From assembly GCA_040903985.1 (NCBI GenBank), contig JBBDUI010000002.1, positions 599,633 through 663,632 of the forward strand: a stretch of DNA of 64,000 nucleotides, in the 5' to 3' direction. The position numbers and the translations under genes are program-made. The notes beneath the pieces are model-generated. The model searched no databases and was not told where the DNA came from. It was given only the letters and a program-made list of their open reading frames with translations. This DNA comes from Candidatus Saccharimonadales bacterium. GTDB taxonomy: Bacteria; Patescibacteriota; Saccharimonadia; QS-5-54-17. Shown here piece after piece: positions 48,319-57,050 of this stretch (position 1 is the first letter of the stretch; each line of letters begins with the position of its first letter).

Positions 48319-49608
48319 ATGCCACGTTTACCGATACCGGGTTCTGATGAAGGAACATGGGGTGACCTCCTCAATGAGTTTCTTGAGGTAGAACATAGTG
48401 CTGACGGTACTCTAAAACTCACCGATACTATAGCTAGTAAATATGTGAAGCCCACTTCCGGTATTCCGAAGTCAGATCTAGCCGCCCCGGTTCAGTCTTC
48501 ACTTGATGCGGCCGATGCCGCAGCGGCACAATCGGCTTTGGATGATCATGTTAACGACACTTCGGCCGCCCATGCTGCTTCAGCTGTTTCATTTGCGCCA
48601 GCTGGTGCTATCTCGGCTACTACGGTGCAGGCGGCTATTGAAGAAGTGGCAACGGAAGCAGGCTCTTCGATCACTTTATCTGATGCTAGCCCTTCAGCCC
48701 TAGCAGCGGCCGCAGCTGCTGGTGTGTCAAATGAGATATCTCGCCATGACCATGTCCATCCCGATACCGGTTTAGCTACTGAGACGGCTCTCGATAGCCA
48801 TACTACTGCTACCACTGGCGTGCATGGTATTGCGGATACATCAGTACTTGAGACTAGTACCGGTGCTCAGACTAAAGTTGACGCCCATGCTGGAGACACT
48901 ACCGCCGTGCACGGTATTGCCGATACTTCAGTATTAGAGACGACCACTGGAGCACAGGCTAAGGTAGACGTACATACTGGAGACGGCGTTGATGCCCATG
49001 CTGCTACAGCTATCTCTTATGATAATACGGCCTCAAGTCTAACTGCTACTGACAGCCAAGCGGCTATCGATGAGTTAGTAACTACGTTATCCAGCACTCA
49101 ATTAGCCGACCTCGCCGATGTGGTTGAGACTGCTGCAAGCGATGGGCAGGTTTTAACCTTTGACACCACCAACGGTTGGCAGCCAGAGACTCCAGCAGTC
49201 GGGATAACCAGTCATAGCGGCTTAAGCGATCTTGGAGCTGATGATCATCTCCAGTACCAGATCGCCGATATAGCGCAGTTTGCTAGGGAGGGCACTCTAT
49301 CGGTGGCTAGTGGACGTGGCCGCTACCGTTTTCCTTATACTGCTACTATCTTGGGTGTCTCAGCCGCCGTCGATACGGCGCCGGTTGGATCCGGGATAAC
49401 GATCGATGTGAACAAGAACGGCACCACTATCTACACCACTCAGGGCAACCGTCCTAGTGTAAGTGATGGAACTAACGATGCTGCTGAGACTACACCGGAT
49501 GTCACTGCCGTGGCTAGTGGTGATCATTTAACAGTAGATATCGATACGGTTGGCTCATCTACTCCGGGAGCGGATTTGACGGTTTTCGTCCGTTATGCAC
49601 GAGCCTAA
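48319..49608 (+). CDS. RLPIPG-tag fibre-like protein 6 (429 aa)
   Basis: MPRLPIPGSDEGTWGDLLNEFL; KYVKPTSGIPKSDL; RHDHVHP; 2x VHGIADTSVLET; C-terminal TAPVGSGITIDVNKNGTTI tail-tip-like domain. Confidence 0.88.
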   Translation: MPRLPIPGSDEGTWGDLLNEFLEVEHSADGTLKLTDTIASKYVKPTSGIPKSDLAAPVQSSLDAADAAAAQSALDDHVNDTSAAHAASAVSFAPAGAISATTVQAAIEEVATEAGSSITLSDASPSALAAAAAAGVSNEISRHDHVHPDTGLATETALDSHTTATTGVHGIADTSVLETSTGAQTKVDAHAGDTTAVHGIADTSVLETTTGAQAKVDVHTGDGVDAHAATAISYDNTASSLTATDSQAAIDELVTTLSSTQLADLADVVETAASDGQVLTFDTTNGWQPETPAVGITSHSGLSDLGADDHLQYQIADIAQFAREGTLSVASGRGRYRFPYTATILGVSAAVDTAPVGSGITIDVNKNGTTIYTTQGNRPSVSDGTNDAAETTPDVTAVASGDHLTVDIDTVGSSTPGADLTVFVRYARA

Positions 49609-49617
49609 AGCTAGCGC

Positions 49618-51138
49618 CTAACGCGGCACAAATTGGAGGTGACGGGATTCACTCCCGAAAATGAGCGGTTGCAGTGCTTTTTGAGTAGTAACGTTAATCT
49701 GCTCGACGCTTTGGTTGGGCCAATACCAGTTGGGGTTGCTGCGCACGATGAAGCTCACTACACCCCCGCCTTGGAGGAAAAGCAGGATCGTTAGGGTGGC
49801 TAGGGCGATTTTGAGCTTGGGTTTAGCGGTGAATATTGGCGTCATAGCGTGGCCGAAAATAATGATGACGGCTGGGATAATTAACAGTAAATAACGGCCG
49901 TTAAGGGCTGATATACGACCCAGGCTACTGTAGCCAGCATAGCTTTGGTACCACAATATTAGGATGTAGCTTATTATTATGGCAGCTAGAAAGCCGAGGA
50001 AAGGTTTAGTGCGAAAGATCTGGCGAGGCCGTCTTAACACAGAGAGTAGGCCGAAGCTAAATATGGCTACAGCTGAGAGAGCCGGTAGCGGGAGGGGTGG
50101 GAAGTTGTGGTAGCGGTCGGCAGCTAGGTCACCGTTAATCATGAAGAAAAGGCGGTACCACATCCCACTGAGCCATGTACCGATGTGGGTTTGGGGCGAG
50201 GGTTCAAAGTTTGGGTCTGCCGTTTGTCGGTAGCCAGCGTTCCGCTCATAGGGGCCAAACTCCAGACACTGTTCCACACTGATAACCTGATCACAATCAG
50301 GCACTAGCGTGTGGTAGCGGAGGAGATTCAGACCGAAACGCTCAAAGCATAAGAGACCACCGATAAGTAGCATGATAGGGAGTATAACCTTCAGTGGTCG
50401 TGCGATTCGGTGCCAACTTCTGCGGATTAGAGCGATGGTTGATCGCAGTGAATAGGAACGAAAAGTTAAGTAGGTATAGAGCAAGATGAAGCCGACGCCA
50501 CCGAGAAGAATCGGCAGTACGGCGTACTTAACGATAGAGGCAAAGAGGGCGACTATACCGATAATGAGCAGTTGCTGCAGGGGCAGCTGGTGCGCTTTTA
50601 GAGTACTTAAGGCGGAGTGAGAGACAAGCAGTAGCCAAGCGATGAGCAGCATCAGGCCGTTGTCGTAATTAATATGGGCGGCTAGCATAGGCACAATAGG
50701 GATTAAGGTAAAGAGCAGCAGACCGACATGGGTGAGAGCGTGAGATAGACCGGTAAGGGTAAATATCTTCCGATACAGCACGATCGTATAGGCGAAGATA
50801 CCGACATTGATCAGTCGTAGTGTGATTATCTGGACGGTTGGGGATTCACTAAAGAGGGTGATTATACGGAAGGGAAAACTAAGCAGGTAGTTATAGAAGT
50901 AGGAGGGCTCACGGGTGACTGAGTTAAGGTTGTAGCCCTCCGGATGTTCACCTAAGAAGGGTAGCCATTGTTCGGAGTAGACGCGGATGAAATTAAAGTG
51001 GTAGGCTTCATCAAAGGCCATGGGATAGCGAGCCGAGAAGACAAACCACAAGGCTTGGACGAGGAAAAGAGCTAGGATGAACCAAAAGAATTTCGGTGCA
51101 GCTATGATACTGTAGGCCCGAGAGTAGACTCTATTCAT
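49618..51138 (-). CDS. GT-C-like membrane glycosyltransferase
   Basis: Multi-TM; FDEAYH first-loop motif, INYD, NGRYLL. Confidence 0.75.
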   Translation of the reverse strand: MNRVYSRAYSIIAAPKFFWFILALFLVQALWFVFSARYPMAFDEAYHFNFIRVYSEQWLPFLGEHPEGYNLNSVTREPSYFYNYLLSFPFRIITLFSESPTVQIITLRLINVGIFAYTIVLYRKIFTLTGLSHALTHVGLLLFTLIPIVPMLAAHINYDNGLMLLIAWLLLVSHSALSTLKAHQLPLQQLLIIGIVALFASIVKYAVLPILLGGVGFILLYTYLTFRSYSLRSTIALIRRSWHRIARPLKVILPIMLLIGGLLCFERFGLNLLRYHTLVPDCDQVISVEQCLEFGPYERNAGYRQTADPNFEPSPQTHIGTWLSGMWYRLFFMINGDLAADRYHNFPPLPLPALSAVAIFSFGLLSVLRRPRQIFRTKPFLGFLAAIIISYILILWYQSYAGYSSLGRISALNGRYLLLIIPAVIIIFGHAMTPIFTAKPKLKIALATLTILLFLQGGGVVSFIVRSNPNWYWPNQSVEQINVTTQKALQPLIFGSESRHLQFVPR

Positions 51139-51196
51139 TTATCTCATTGTACAGATTGAGCGTGATTTCGCCCAGCTGTACTGCTATGATTAGTCT

Positions 51197-51508
51197 ATGA
51201 GCCTAGAAAAGCACCCTTATCGTACGCCAGTGATTCTCACAATTATTACGATTGCTCTAGGTGCTAGCTTCTATCACTTTTTTGAGCAGTTCTCCTGGGT
51301 GGATGCCTACTACTTCACGGTCGGTACGATGTTTACTGTCGGCTATGGCGATCTAGCACCTAGCACCGACCTGGGGAAGATATTCACGACTTTCTACATG
51401 TTTATCGGTGTCGGCATTATCGGTGGCTTTATCCGAGCTATCTTTCACCACCGTCTAGAGAACTCGAAGATTACCTATTTACATCGTAACGACGAGTCTG
51501 GACAGTAG
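51197..51508 (+). CDS. Two-TM potassium channel pore protein
   Basis: Selectivity filter TVGYGD. Confidence 0.93.
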   Translation: MSLEKHPYRTPVILTIITIALGASFYHFFEQFSWVDAYYFTVGTMFTVGYGDLAPSTDLGKIFTTFYMFIGVGIIGGFIRAIFHHRLENSKITYLHRNDESGQ

Positions 51509-51517
51509 CCAAAGGAG

Positions 51518-53101
51518 CTAGTTAAGACTAGTTGCTTGGGGTCTGCGCCGCCGAGAGATGAGGCTGCGGATATCGTAGCGCCATTCCCAGACACCATAGC
51601 CAGCGGCTAAGAGTACAACTACCCCGGCCACCCACCAGGAAAGTGGCGTACCTGTTGATTCGACTTTTATATCTTTAACGCCAGCTATAGTGCCGTCATT
51701 GGGAGCTCCGACTCGGCGACAGCGATTAGTCTCCGGATTACGCTCTTGATCGGGTCCGCACGGCACCAGTTCAGAGGTAGCGGCTGCAATCTTTCGACAG
51801 CGATTAGTGTCTGGGTTGCGCTCTCTACCGGGACCGCAATCGGCTAGCTCTGAGGTAGTAGGAGCGATATTACGACAGCGGTTGGTCTCCGGATTGCGCT
51901 CCCGTCCCGGTTCACAAGGGATTAAACTGGAGGTCGCAGTTACTACATTTCTACAACGGTTAGTCTCCGGATTTCGACTTTGTCCTTCTGGGCAAGGGCG
52001 GAGTGGTAATATCTCATTTAGTGCATTCGGTGTCGGAGTATATGTTAGTGCCCAGTCATCTCCATCCAGCCAAGCCCAGGCTGCATCGTCCGGCATGGCA
52101 GCCGGATAGCTGGCACTGTATAGCTCGTCCGTATCGGAATTAAGTAGAAATACCGTACCGCCAGAAGAAATAGTAAGCCAGACGTCGGTTTCGTAATCGT
52201 AGAAGGCGCGGTAGCTCCCCGGTGACAGTGTAATATCGTTGAACCAATAGATATTATCGTTGTGGGTGCTTTGGAGTCCGCAGCCCGCTAGATCAATAAT
52301 GTCCGTGGTGGGGTTATAAATTTCTATGAACTGCCGGCCGGTCGCTGCCCCTTCCGGATTAGCGAAGATCTCCGATATTACGACTTCTTCACAGGGTGAG
52401 TCGGAGCTACTCCCTGTATCAGTCTCTTCATCGTCCTCAATTTCGTCCTGGGCCGTCGTGCAGGCCTGCTTGAGGCCGGGCTGCGGGGTTTCACTAACAT
52501 GGAAATCGTGTGAATTATCTCGAGTATCGACTATATCGTCTCCATTAAAACAGCGATGGATCGACTGACCAGCTGCTGGTGGAGGGGCTGGAGCTCCGAG
52601 GTAATATTCCGGCATACCATAACCTACCATATCGACAACAGCAGCGGACTCATCTAATAGCTGTAGAGTACCGTCGTTATAATTAAGCCCTAAAGTCGAC
52701 CCGAGCGTGATAAAAAAGTCCGCCTCAGCCAAGTAGCTCTCTCGACTGACGATAAAGTACTCACCCGGCTCTATCTCATAGTGTAGTTCAAGCGCAGGGT
52801 CGTCGTTAAATTCGGCGATGAACCGACTGCTACTACCACTTTTATTAGTGAACTTAAGCCGCCAACCGTCTAGCGATACTGTCATCTCACTTGCGTTGTA
52901 CAGTTCGACAAATTCATCCGTACCAACTGAGCCGCCAGCATTATTCACGCCACGAGTTTGTAAGCCGCTAATTAATACGACGGGATCCTCAGGCAGCGGA
53001 TCGGTGACGTCTTCACTGGCATAAATCTGGTTATTCACTGGCATAAGCCCCAGCGTTAAGACAGCAAATATAGGCAGTATAAGTTTCCCCATAAACTTCA
53101 C
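51518..53101 (-). CDS. Secreted, C-terminally anchored lamin-tail-domain protein with Cys repeats
   Basis: Signal peptide; two LTD motifs (DEFVELYN, QFIEIYN); repeats; C-terminal TM and basic tail. Confidence 0.88.
   Translation of the reverse strand: MKFMGKLILPIFAVLTLGLMPVNNQIYASEDVTDPLPEDPVVLISGLQTRGVNNAGGSVGTDEFVELYNASEMTVSLDGWRLKFTNKSGSSSRFIAEFNDDPALELHYEIEPGEYFIVSRESYLAEADFFITLGSTLGLNYNDGTLQLLDESAAVVDMVGYGMPEYYLGAPAPPPAAGQSIHRCFNGDDIVDTRDNSHDFHVSETPQPGLKQACTTAQDEIEDDEETDTGSSSDSPCEEVVISEIFANPEGAATGRQFIEIYNPTTDIIDLAGCGLQSTHNDNIYWFNDITLSPGSYRAFYDYETDVWLTISSGGTVFLLNSDTDELYSASYPAAMPDDAAWAWLDGDDWALTYTPTPNALNEILPLRPCPEGQSRNPETNRCRNVVTATSSLIPCEPGRERNPETNRCRNIAPTTSELADCGPGRERNPDTNRCRKIAAATSELVPCGPDQERNPETNRCRRVGAPNDGTIAGVKDIKVESTGTPLSWWVAGVVVLLAAGYGVWEWRYDIRSLISRRRRPQATSLN
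51710..51998 (-). repeat. Four intragenic 26-aa tandem repeats C-x6-RNP[ED]TNRCR
   Basis: PCPEGQSRNPETNRCR / PCEPGRERNPETNRCR / DCGPGRERNPDTNRCR / PCGPDQERNPETNRCR. Confidence 0.9.
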
Positions 53102-53168
53102 AGCGTAATCTACTCTTTTTAATCTACCTGCTTACTTTTAGCGTATGGCACCGTTAAGAACTGGGTCA

Positions 53169-53214
53169 AATAATCTTCAAAAAGTGTCCGATCGGACACT
53201 TTTTGAAGATTATT
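53169..53214. repeat. Perfect 46-bp palindrome with no spacer
   Basis: AATAATCTTCAAAAAGTGTCCGA|TCGGACACTTTTTGAAGATTATT. Confidence 0.95.
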
Positions 53215-53689
53215 ATTGCAAGATCCGAGCTACAAATATGCGGACGTATTTTTCTAAGTCAGAGGCCCTACACTCCTGCTTCAAATATTGGCCATAGCGG
53301 TAGCGCGACACCCAGACACTTTTCTGTACTTGTTCGAATCCAAGCTCGCGGAGTAAAGTGCGGATGAAGCGTCGTTTATGCCGGTCCGTCTCCGGAATGT
53401 CGAACGCCACTACCAAGTAGCGGCCGTCTTTAAGCTTAGCTGGTTCACCTGCTTGCAGCTGACGCCGTCCTTCTTTGGTAAGTGACGGTCTGCGCTGCAA
53501 GTCGAGCTCTATCAGTCCTGATTTTACCGAGCGGTAGTAAGCCGACTGTAAGGTCTTTTTCTTGTATTTCGAGTGTTTTTCCAGTTCATTAAAGAACTTA
53601 TTGGGTGTGAAAGACAACAGAAGATTAGGCCGTGTATACGGGATTAAAGCTTTGAGTATATAAGCCGTGCTGGGGCTTAAGCGCTTCAT
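53213..53689 (-). CDS. PaaX-like wHTH plus Cas2-like ferredoxin domain protein
   Basis: LTKEGR, LVVAFDIPE..RHKR..IR..L..LGF..VQKSVW. Confidence 0.85.
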   Translation of the reverse strand: MKRLSPSTAYILKALIPYTRPNLLLSFTPNKFFNELEKHSKYKKKTLQSAYYRSVKSGLIELDLQRRPSLTKEGRRQLQAGEPAKLKDGRYLVVAFDIPETDRHKRRFIRTLLRELGFEQVQKSVWVSRYRYGQYLKQECRASDLEKYVRIFVARILQ

Positions 53690-53697
53690 ACTTTATT

Positions 53698-53720
53698 ATC
53701 TTCAAAAAGTGTCCGATCGG
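53698..53720. repeat. 23-bp direct repeat of 53173-53195
   Basis: ATCTTCAAAAAGTGTCCGATCGG occurs on both sides of the PaaX/Cas2-like gene. Confidence 0.95.
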
Positions 53721-53755
53721 TCAAATTCTGCAAATGAATTACCTAGTTAGAAGGG

Positions 53756-55228
53756 TTACACTATAGGGTTGTAGCGACGGAAGTTATGTTTGGTCACCCG
53801 CCAGAGGTAGACCATGAGTAGTGTGATTAGGACGTAGCTAATCGCTACAGCTGTGACGGAAAAGTTTAGTTCGCTAGTGGCATAGGGTGATAGGGCTAGC
53901 CAGTCGGTTACGGTCGTCATGCCGAGGAGTAAGGCGTAGGCCGGAGCACCAAAGATAGAGGCTAGAGAGGGAAGGAAGGCCGCTCCGAGACCGCTGAGTA
54001 GGGTCAGTCCCATTGTAATTGGGATGAAGGGTAGGAGTAGGAGGTTAGCCAGTAGTGCGAGTGGTGAATACTGGCCGAAGACGAGGGCTACGACAGGAAA
54101 GGTTGTAATCTGGGCTGCAATTGTGCCGACAGCTATATGGCGAACGGCTCCAGGTTCTTTGTCCGAACCCCAGAAGAAGTCGTGCAATAAAGGTGCTAGG
54201 ATGATTACGCCGGTAAAAGCGGTGAAAGAGAGGAACCAGCCGATGTCACCCCAGATAACCGCCGGATCGATCAAGACAGTTGTGGCTGCAACAGATAGTA
54301 GTAATACTATCGGGTGAATCTGTCGGCCATAGTACCAAGCTAGTAAACTTAAACTGGCTACGAGAGAAGCACGTACCATCGAGGTACTAAAGCCGGTTAG
54401 CAAAAGGAAGCTAGCGATCACCGTGAGGCTAAAGAAAGTGGTTAGGTATTTTGAGATCGGCCGGAGTAGTTTATGAAAGTAGCGGGTCACAATCGTGAGA
54501 TGAAAACCACTAGCTACGACGATATGGGCCAGTCCAAGTAGTCGTAGCTGCTGGCTTATATCACCCGGCAGTAGTCCCCGCTGCCCGGTTAAGTAACTGA
54601 CACCGAGCAGGGACTGTGGTTCGGGAATAGCTAGCCGGACATAGTCGGTGAATCGATCTCGGACACGCCGCGCAATATCTCCAGGGCTAGGCCTGATAGC
54701 TTCAATTAGAGTGGCGCGGAAGAGGGTGGCGGACATCGAACCGAAACCAGGCTCGAGCTGACCCTTGAGCTGAATGTGATCACCGCGCTTGAGTTCTATT
54801 TGGGTCATGGTGCTTGTCCAGACCTCACCTGGGAGCCGGCGGCCGTCGATAGTTATGTGGTTGAGACGGAGCTGGAGCTCGCCGCGACTACTGTAGGTGG
54901 TGTCATCGGCTATATGTCCACTGAGATGAACCATCTGGCCAAAGTAAGGTTCATACTTAGCTAGACGACTATCTGCTACAGAGCCGGAGTATAGACCGAG
55001 AATGAGGCCACTAATGAATGCGCCGATAACTAACCACCGCTGGCGCCCTAGCAACAGTGGTAATAGTAGAGCTATCACCACTAAGAGCCAGCGACTGTCC
55101 GTAAAAGTATAGTCGGTTAGCACTGGAATTAATGCCGTCCCAGCTAGGATGCCGGCCGCTAGGCCCGTTAGATGCCATGAAAAGTGCAGGGGCTTATTGA
55201 GTAGAGTGCTTAATTCAACCTGCCGCAT
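53756..55228 (-). CDS. comEC: ComEC/Rec2 competence protein
   Basis: GLAHIVVASGFH, SMVRA, DIGWFLSF, ANLL. Confidence 0.92.
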   Translation of the reverse strand: MRQVELSTLLNKPLHFSWHLTGLAAGILAGTALIPVLTDYTFTDSRWLLVVIALLLPLLLGRQRWLVIGAFISGLILGLYSGSVADSRLAKYEPYFGQMVHLSGHIADDTTYSSRGELQLRLNHITIDGRRLPGEVWTSTMTQIELKRGDHIQLKGQLEPGFGSMSATLFRATLIEAIRPSPGDIARRVRDRFTDYVRLAIPEPQSLLGVSYLTGQRGLLPGDISQQLRLLGLAHIVVASGFHLTIVTRYFHKLLRPISKYLTTFFSLTVIASFLLLTGFSTSMVRASLVASLSLLAWYYGRQIHPIVLLLSVAATTVLIDPAVIWGDIGWFLSFTAFTGVIILAPLLHDFFWGSDKEPGAVRHIAVGTIAAQITTFPVVALVFGQYSPLALLANLLLLPFIPITMGLTLLSGLGAAFLPSLASIFGAPAYALLLGMTTVTDWLALSPYATSELNFSVTAVAISYVLITLLMVYLWRVTKHNFRRYNPIV

Positions 55229-55973
55229 CTATCGGTTCTTCGATTGGTAGTACCTGGAGCGGGCAGGTGTTAAGTACGCGCCGCATCGCAGCTAGTTCAG
55301 TTCGAGTGATCCAGAGTAGATACTTTAGCTTGATGGCAGTTTGACGGGCTACGTAACGGCAGCGATAGTTTGGGTGCGGCAGCCAATGGGCGGCATCGGC
55401 ATCACCTTTATCCATATTAGCTTCTGCTGAGGTAGCGATTAAGTTTAGGGGGTCGTTGTAAAAGGTGTGACGCTCGGCCGCGCTTAGGTCCTGGGCTCCC
55501 TTGCGCCAGGCATCAGAAACGGCGACGATATGGTCGATGTGTACCGTATCGGTCTGATTACCGTAGATGAACCCGACTTCAGTCTCGGTATAAGGGTCAG
55601 GATTAAGTGTACCGGCTAGAACCTGGCAATTATCAGCATCTAAGATAATATTTCTCAGATCACGCTGAAGAATACGGTTACGCATATCGCAGCCGTCGAC
55701 TATGGCCCAGCCTGGGCTGAACCGTTCCCGACTGTAGCCGTGACGCGAGAGAGGGTCGGCTACAGGTAGGGTTTGGAGCGCATCACTGGCTAGCTGGTAG
55801 GGTGTATCAGGATCAAGCGGTAACTCGGATGCGGGTGCATTCTCACCGCTAGAGAACCAGTCAAGCGAGTTGAGATTTGTAAGGCTAATGTAGATGAGTA
55901 GCAGTAGCATGAGCAGTGCAACGGCTGAGAAACGCCGGCGTCGGGCAATGTAGGTGGATTGATCATCGTTCAT
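55215..55973 (-). CDS. Membrane-anchored HNH nuclease (DUF1524-like)
   Basis: YSRERF..GW, CDMRNRILQRDL, HIDHIV, NDPLNL, NMDKGD. Confidence 0.88.
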   Translation of the reverse strand: MNDDQSTYIARRRRFSAVALLMLLLLIYISLTNLNSLDWFSSGENAPASELPLDPDTPYQLASDALQTLPVADPLSRHGYSRERFSPGWAIVDGCDMRNRILQRDLRNIILDADNCQVLAGTLNPDPYTETEVGFIYGNQTDTVHIDHIVAVSDAWRKGAQDLSAAERHTFYNDPLNLIATSAEANMDKGDADAAHWLPHPNYRCRYVARQTAIKLKYLLWITRTELAAMRRVLNTCPLQVLPIEEPIDAAG

Positions 55974-56051
55974 AATGAGCGATCGTACTCGTTAGCTACC
56001 TTACTAATATTATGGAGTACTAGGTAACTATAATTCAAATTGAGCGGCCAT

Positions 56052-56816
56052 CTAGTAGGTAGAAGCCGGTGGTAGATCGAAGAACTCTTCCAGAGTTGGG
56101 TTGTCTTGTCGGTGTAGCTCTCTTGCTAGTTCAGTCCCAACGTAGCGGAAGTGCCATGGCTCGTAGCTGTAGCCGGTAATGTCGGCCATCCCTTCACGGT
56201 AGCGGAGGATGAAGCCGTACTCATGGGCGTGAGCAGCTAGCCACTGACCTTCGGCGGTTTCATCGAAACAAGCTTCGATGAAACATTCGCCATCACGACG
56301 GACAAAATCGACGGCTAGGCCGCTCTGATGCTCGCTGTGGCCGGGACGAGCACTGAAAGTGTCGGCCGCTGTCTGGCCTTCGCGTTCGACATATAGATTA
56401 TAGATGCCACTTTGGTAACTAGCGGAGCGGTAAGCACTACCGAGGGCGAGTTGAAGTCCCTCGCTGGTAGCGCTGGCTACCAGAGCTTTGAGGTGATCTG
56501 TAATCCGGCTGTCGACCTGCATGTTTTCTGCGTCACTTGGGCCGTAGAGTGGGATATCGGGTGTGGTGAGGTGAGGGACATAGCTTTCCGGTAGAGGGCG
56601 CTGTTTGTTGACGATGAACCAGAGGCTACCTGGTTCATCGAGTGAGTAAAGTTCACGGTCAAACGCTGCACTCTCGGCGTCTGGATTATTAGGGTCAGAG
56701 TTCGGAGAAGCTGCGCGCTCGACGAAGTACCAGCTTACAAGTCCAAGTAGGACAATTAGTCCGATGACTAAAGGAAAATGCGATCTGGTTTTTGTTTGTT
56801 TGATTGGTGGGCGCAT
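56052..56816 (-). CDS. D-Ala-D-Ala carboxypeptidase (M15B/VanY-like)
   Basis: SAYRS, SARPGHSEHQSGLAVD, YEPWHFRYVG. Confidence 0.94.
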   Translation of the reverse strand: MRPPIKQTKTRSHFPLVIGLIVLLGLVSWYFVERAASPNSDPNNPDAESAAFDRELYSLDEPGSLWFIVNKQRPLPESYVPHLTTPDIPLYGPSDAENMQVDSRITDHLKALVASATSEGLQLALGSAYRSASYQSGIYNLYVEREGQTAADTFSARPGHSEHQSGLAVDFVRRDGECFIEACFDETAEGQWLAAHAHEYGFILRYREGMADITGYSYEPWHFRYVGTELARELHRQDNPTLEEFFDLPPASTY

Positions 56817-56863
56817 GGAGTTAGATTATAGGGGATTGAAGCCAGCCTGCAAGCGGTGTGTAG

Positions 56864-56892
56864 TTGACATAATAGAGAGAAATATGTATAAA
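56864..56892 (+). promoter_or_regulatory. Sigma70-type promoter
   Basis: TTGACA-17 bp-TATAAA. Confidence 0.65.
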
Positions 56893-56945
56893 AAGTAAGT
56901 CTATACTTGATATAGTGCTGCTTGAAATAGAGTTAAGGTGAGTGA

Positions 56946-57001
56946 AATTTGAAGAGGGTTGAGTGGTTTTGGGCTTAAAGTCACCCAACCCTCTTCAAAT
57001 T
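56946..57001. repeat. Long stem-loop in the putative 5' leader
   Basis: AATTTGAAGAGGGTTG...CAACCCTCTTCAAATT (16 bp perfect, extendable). Confidence 0.85.
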
Positions 57002-57050
57002 AGGAGGGTTAGTCGATCCTAGGTGAAAATCTAGGGAGAGGATATCGATC

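Noticed and set aside
40004-49608. Diversity-generating retroelement or shufflon acting on fibre tips
   Set aside because: No reverse transcriptase, no adenine-specific TR/VR pair and no invertase with inverted crossover sites seen.
53169-53720. CRISPR-Cas locus suggested by the Cas2-like domain and repeats
   Set aside because: Only two repeat copies, flanking a gene; no repeat-spacer array and no cas1 or effector genes in the window.
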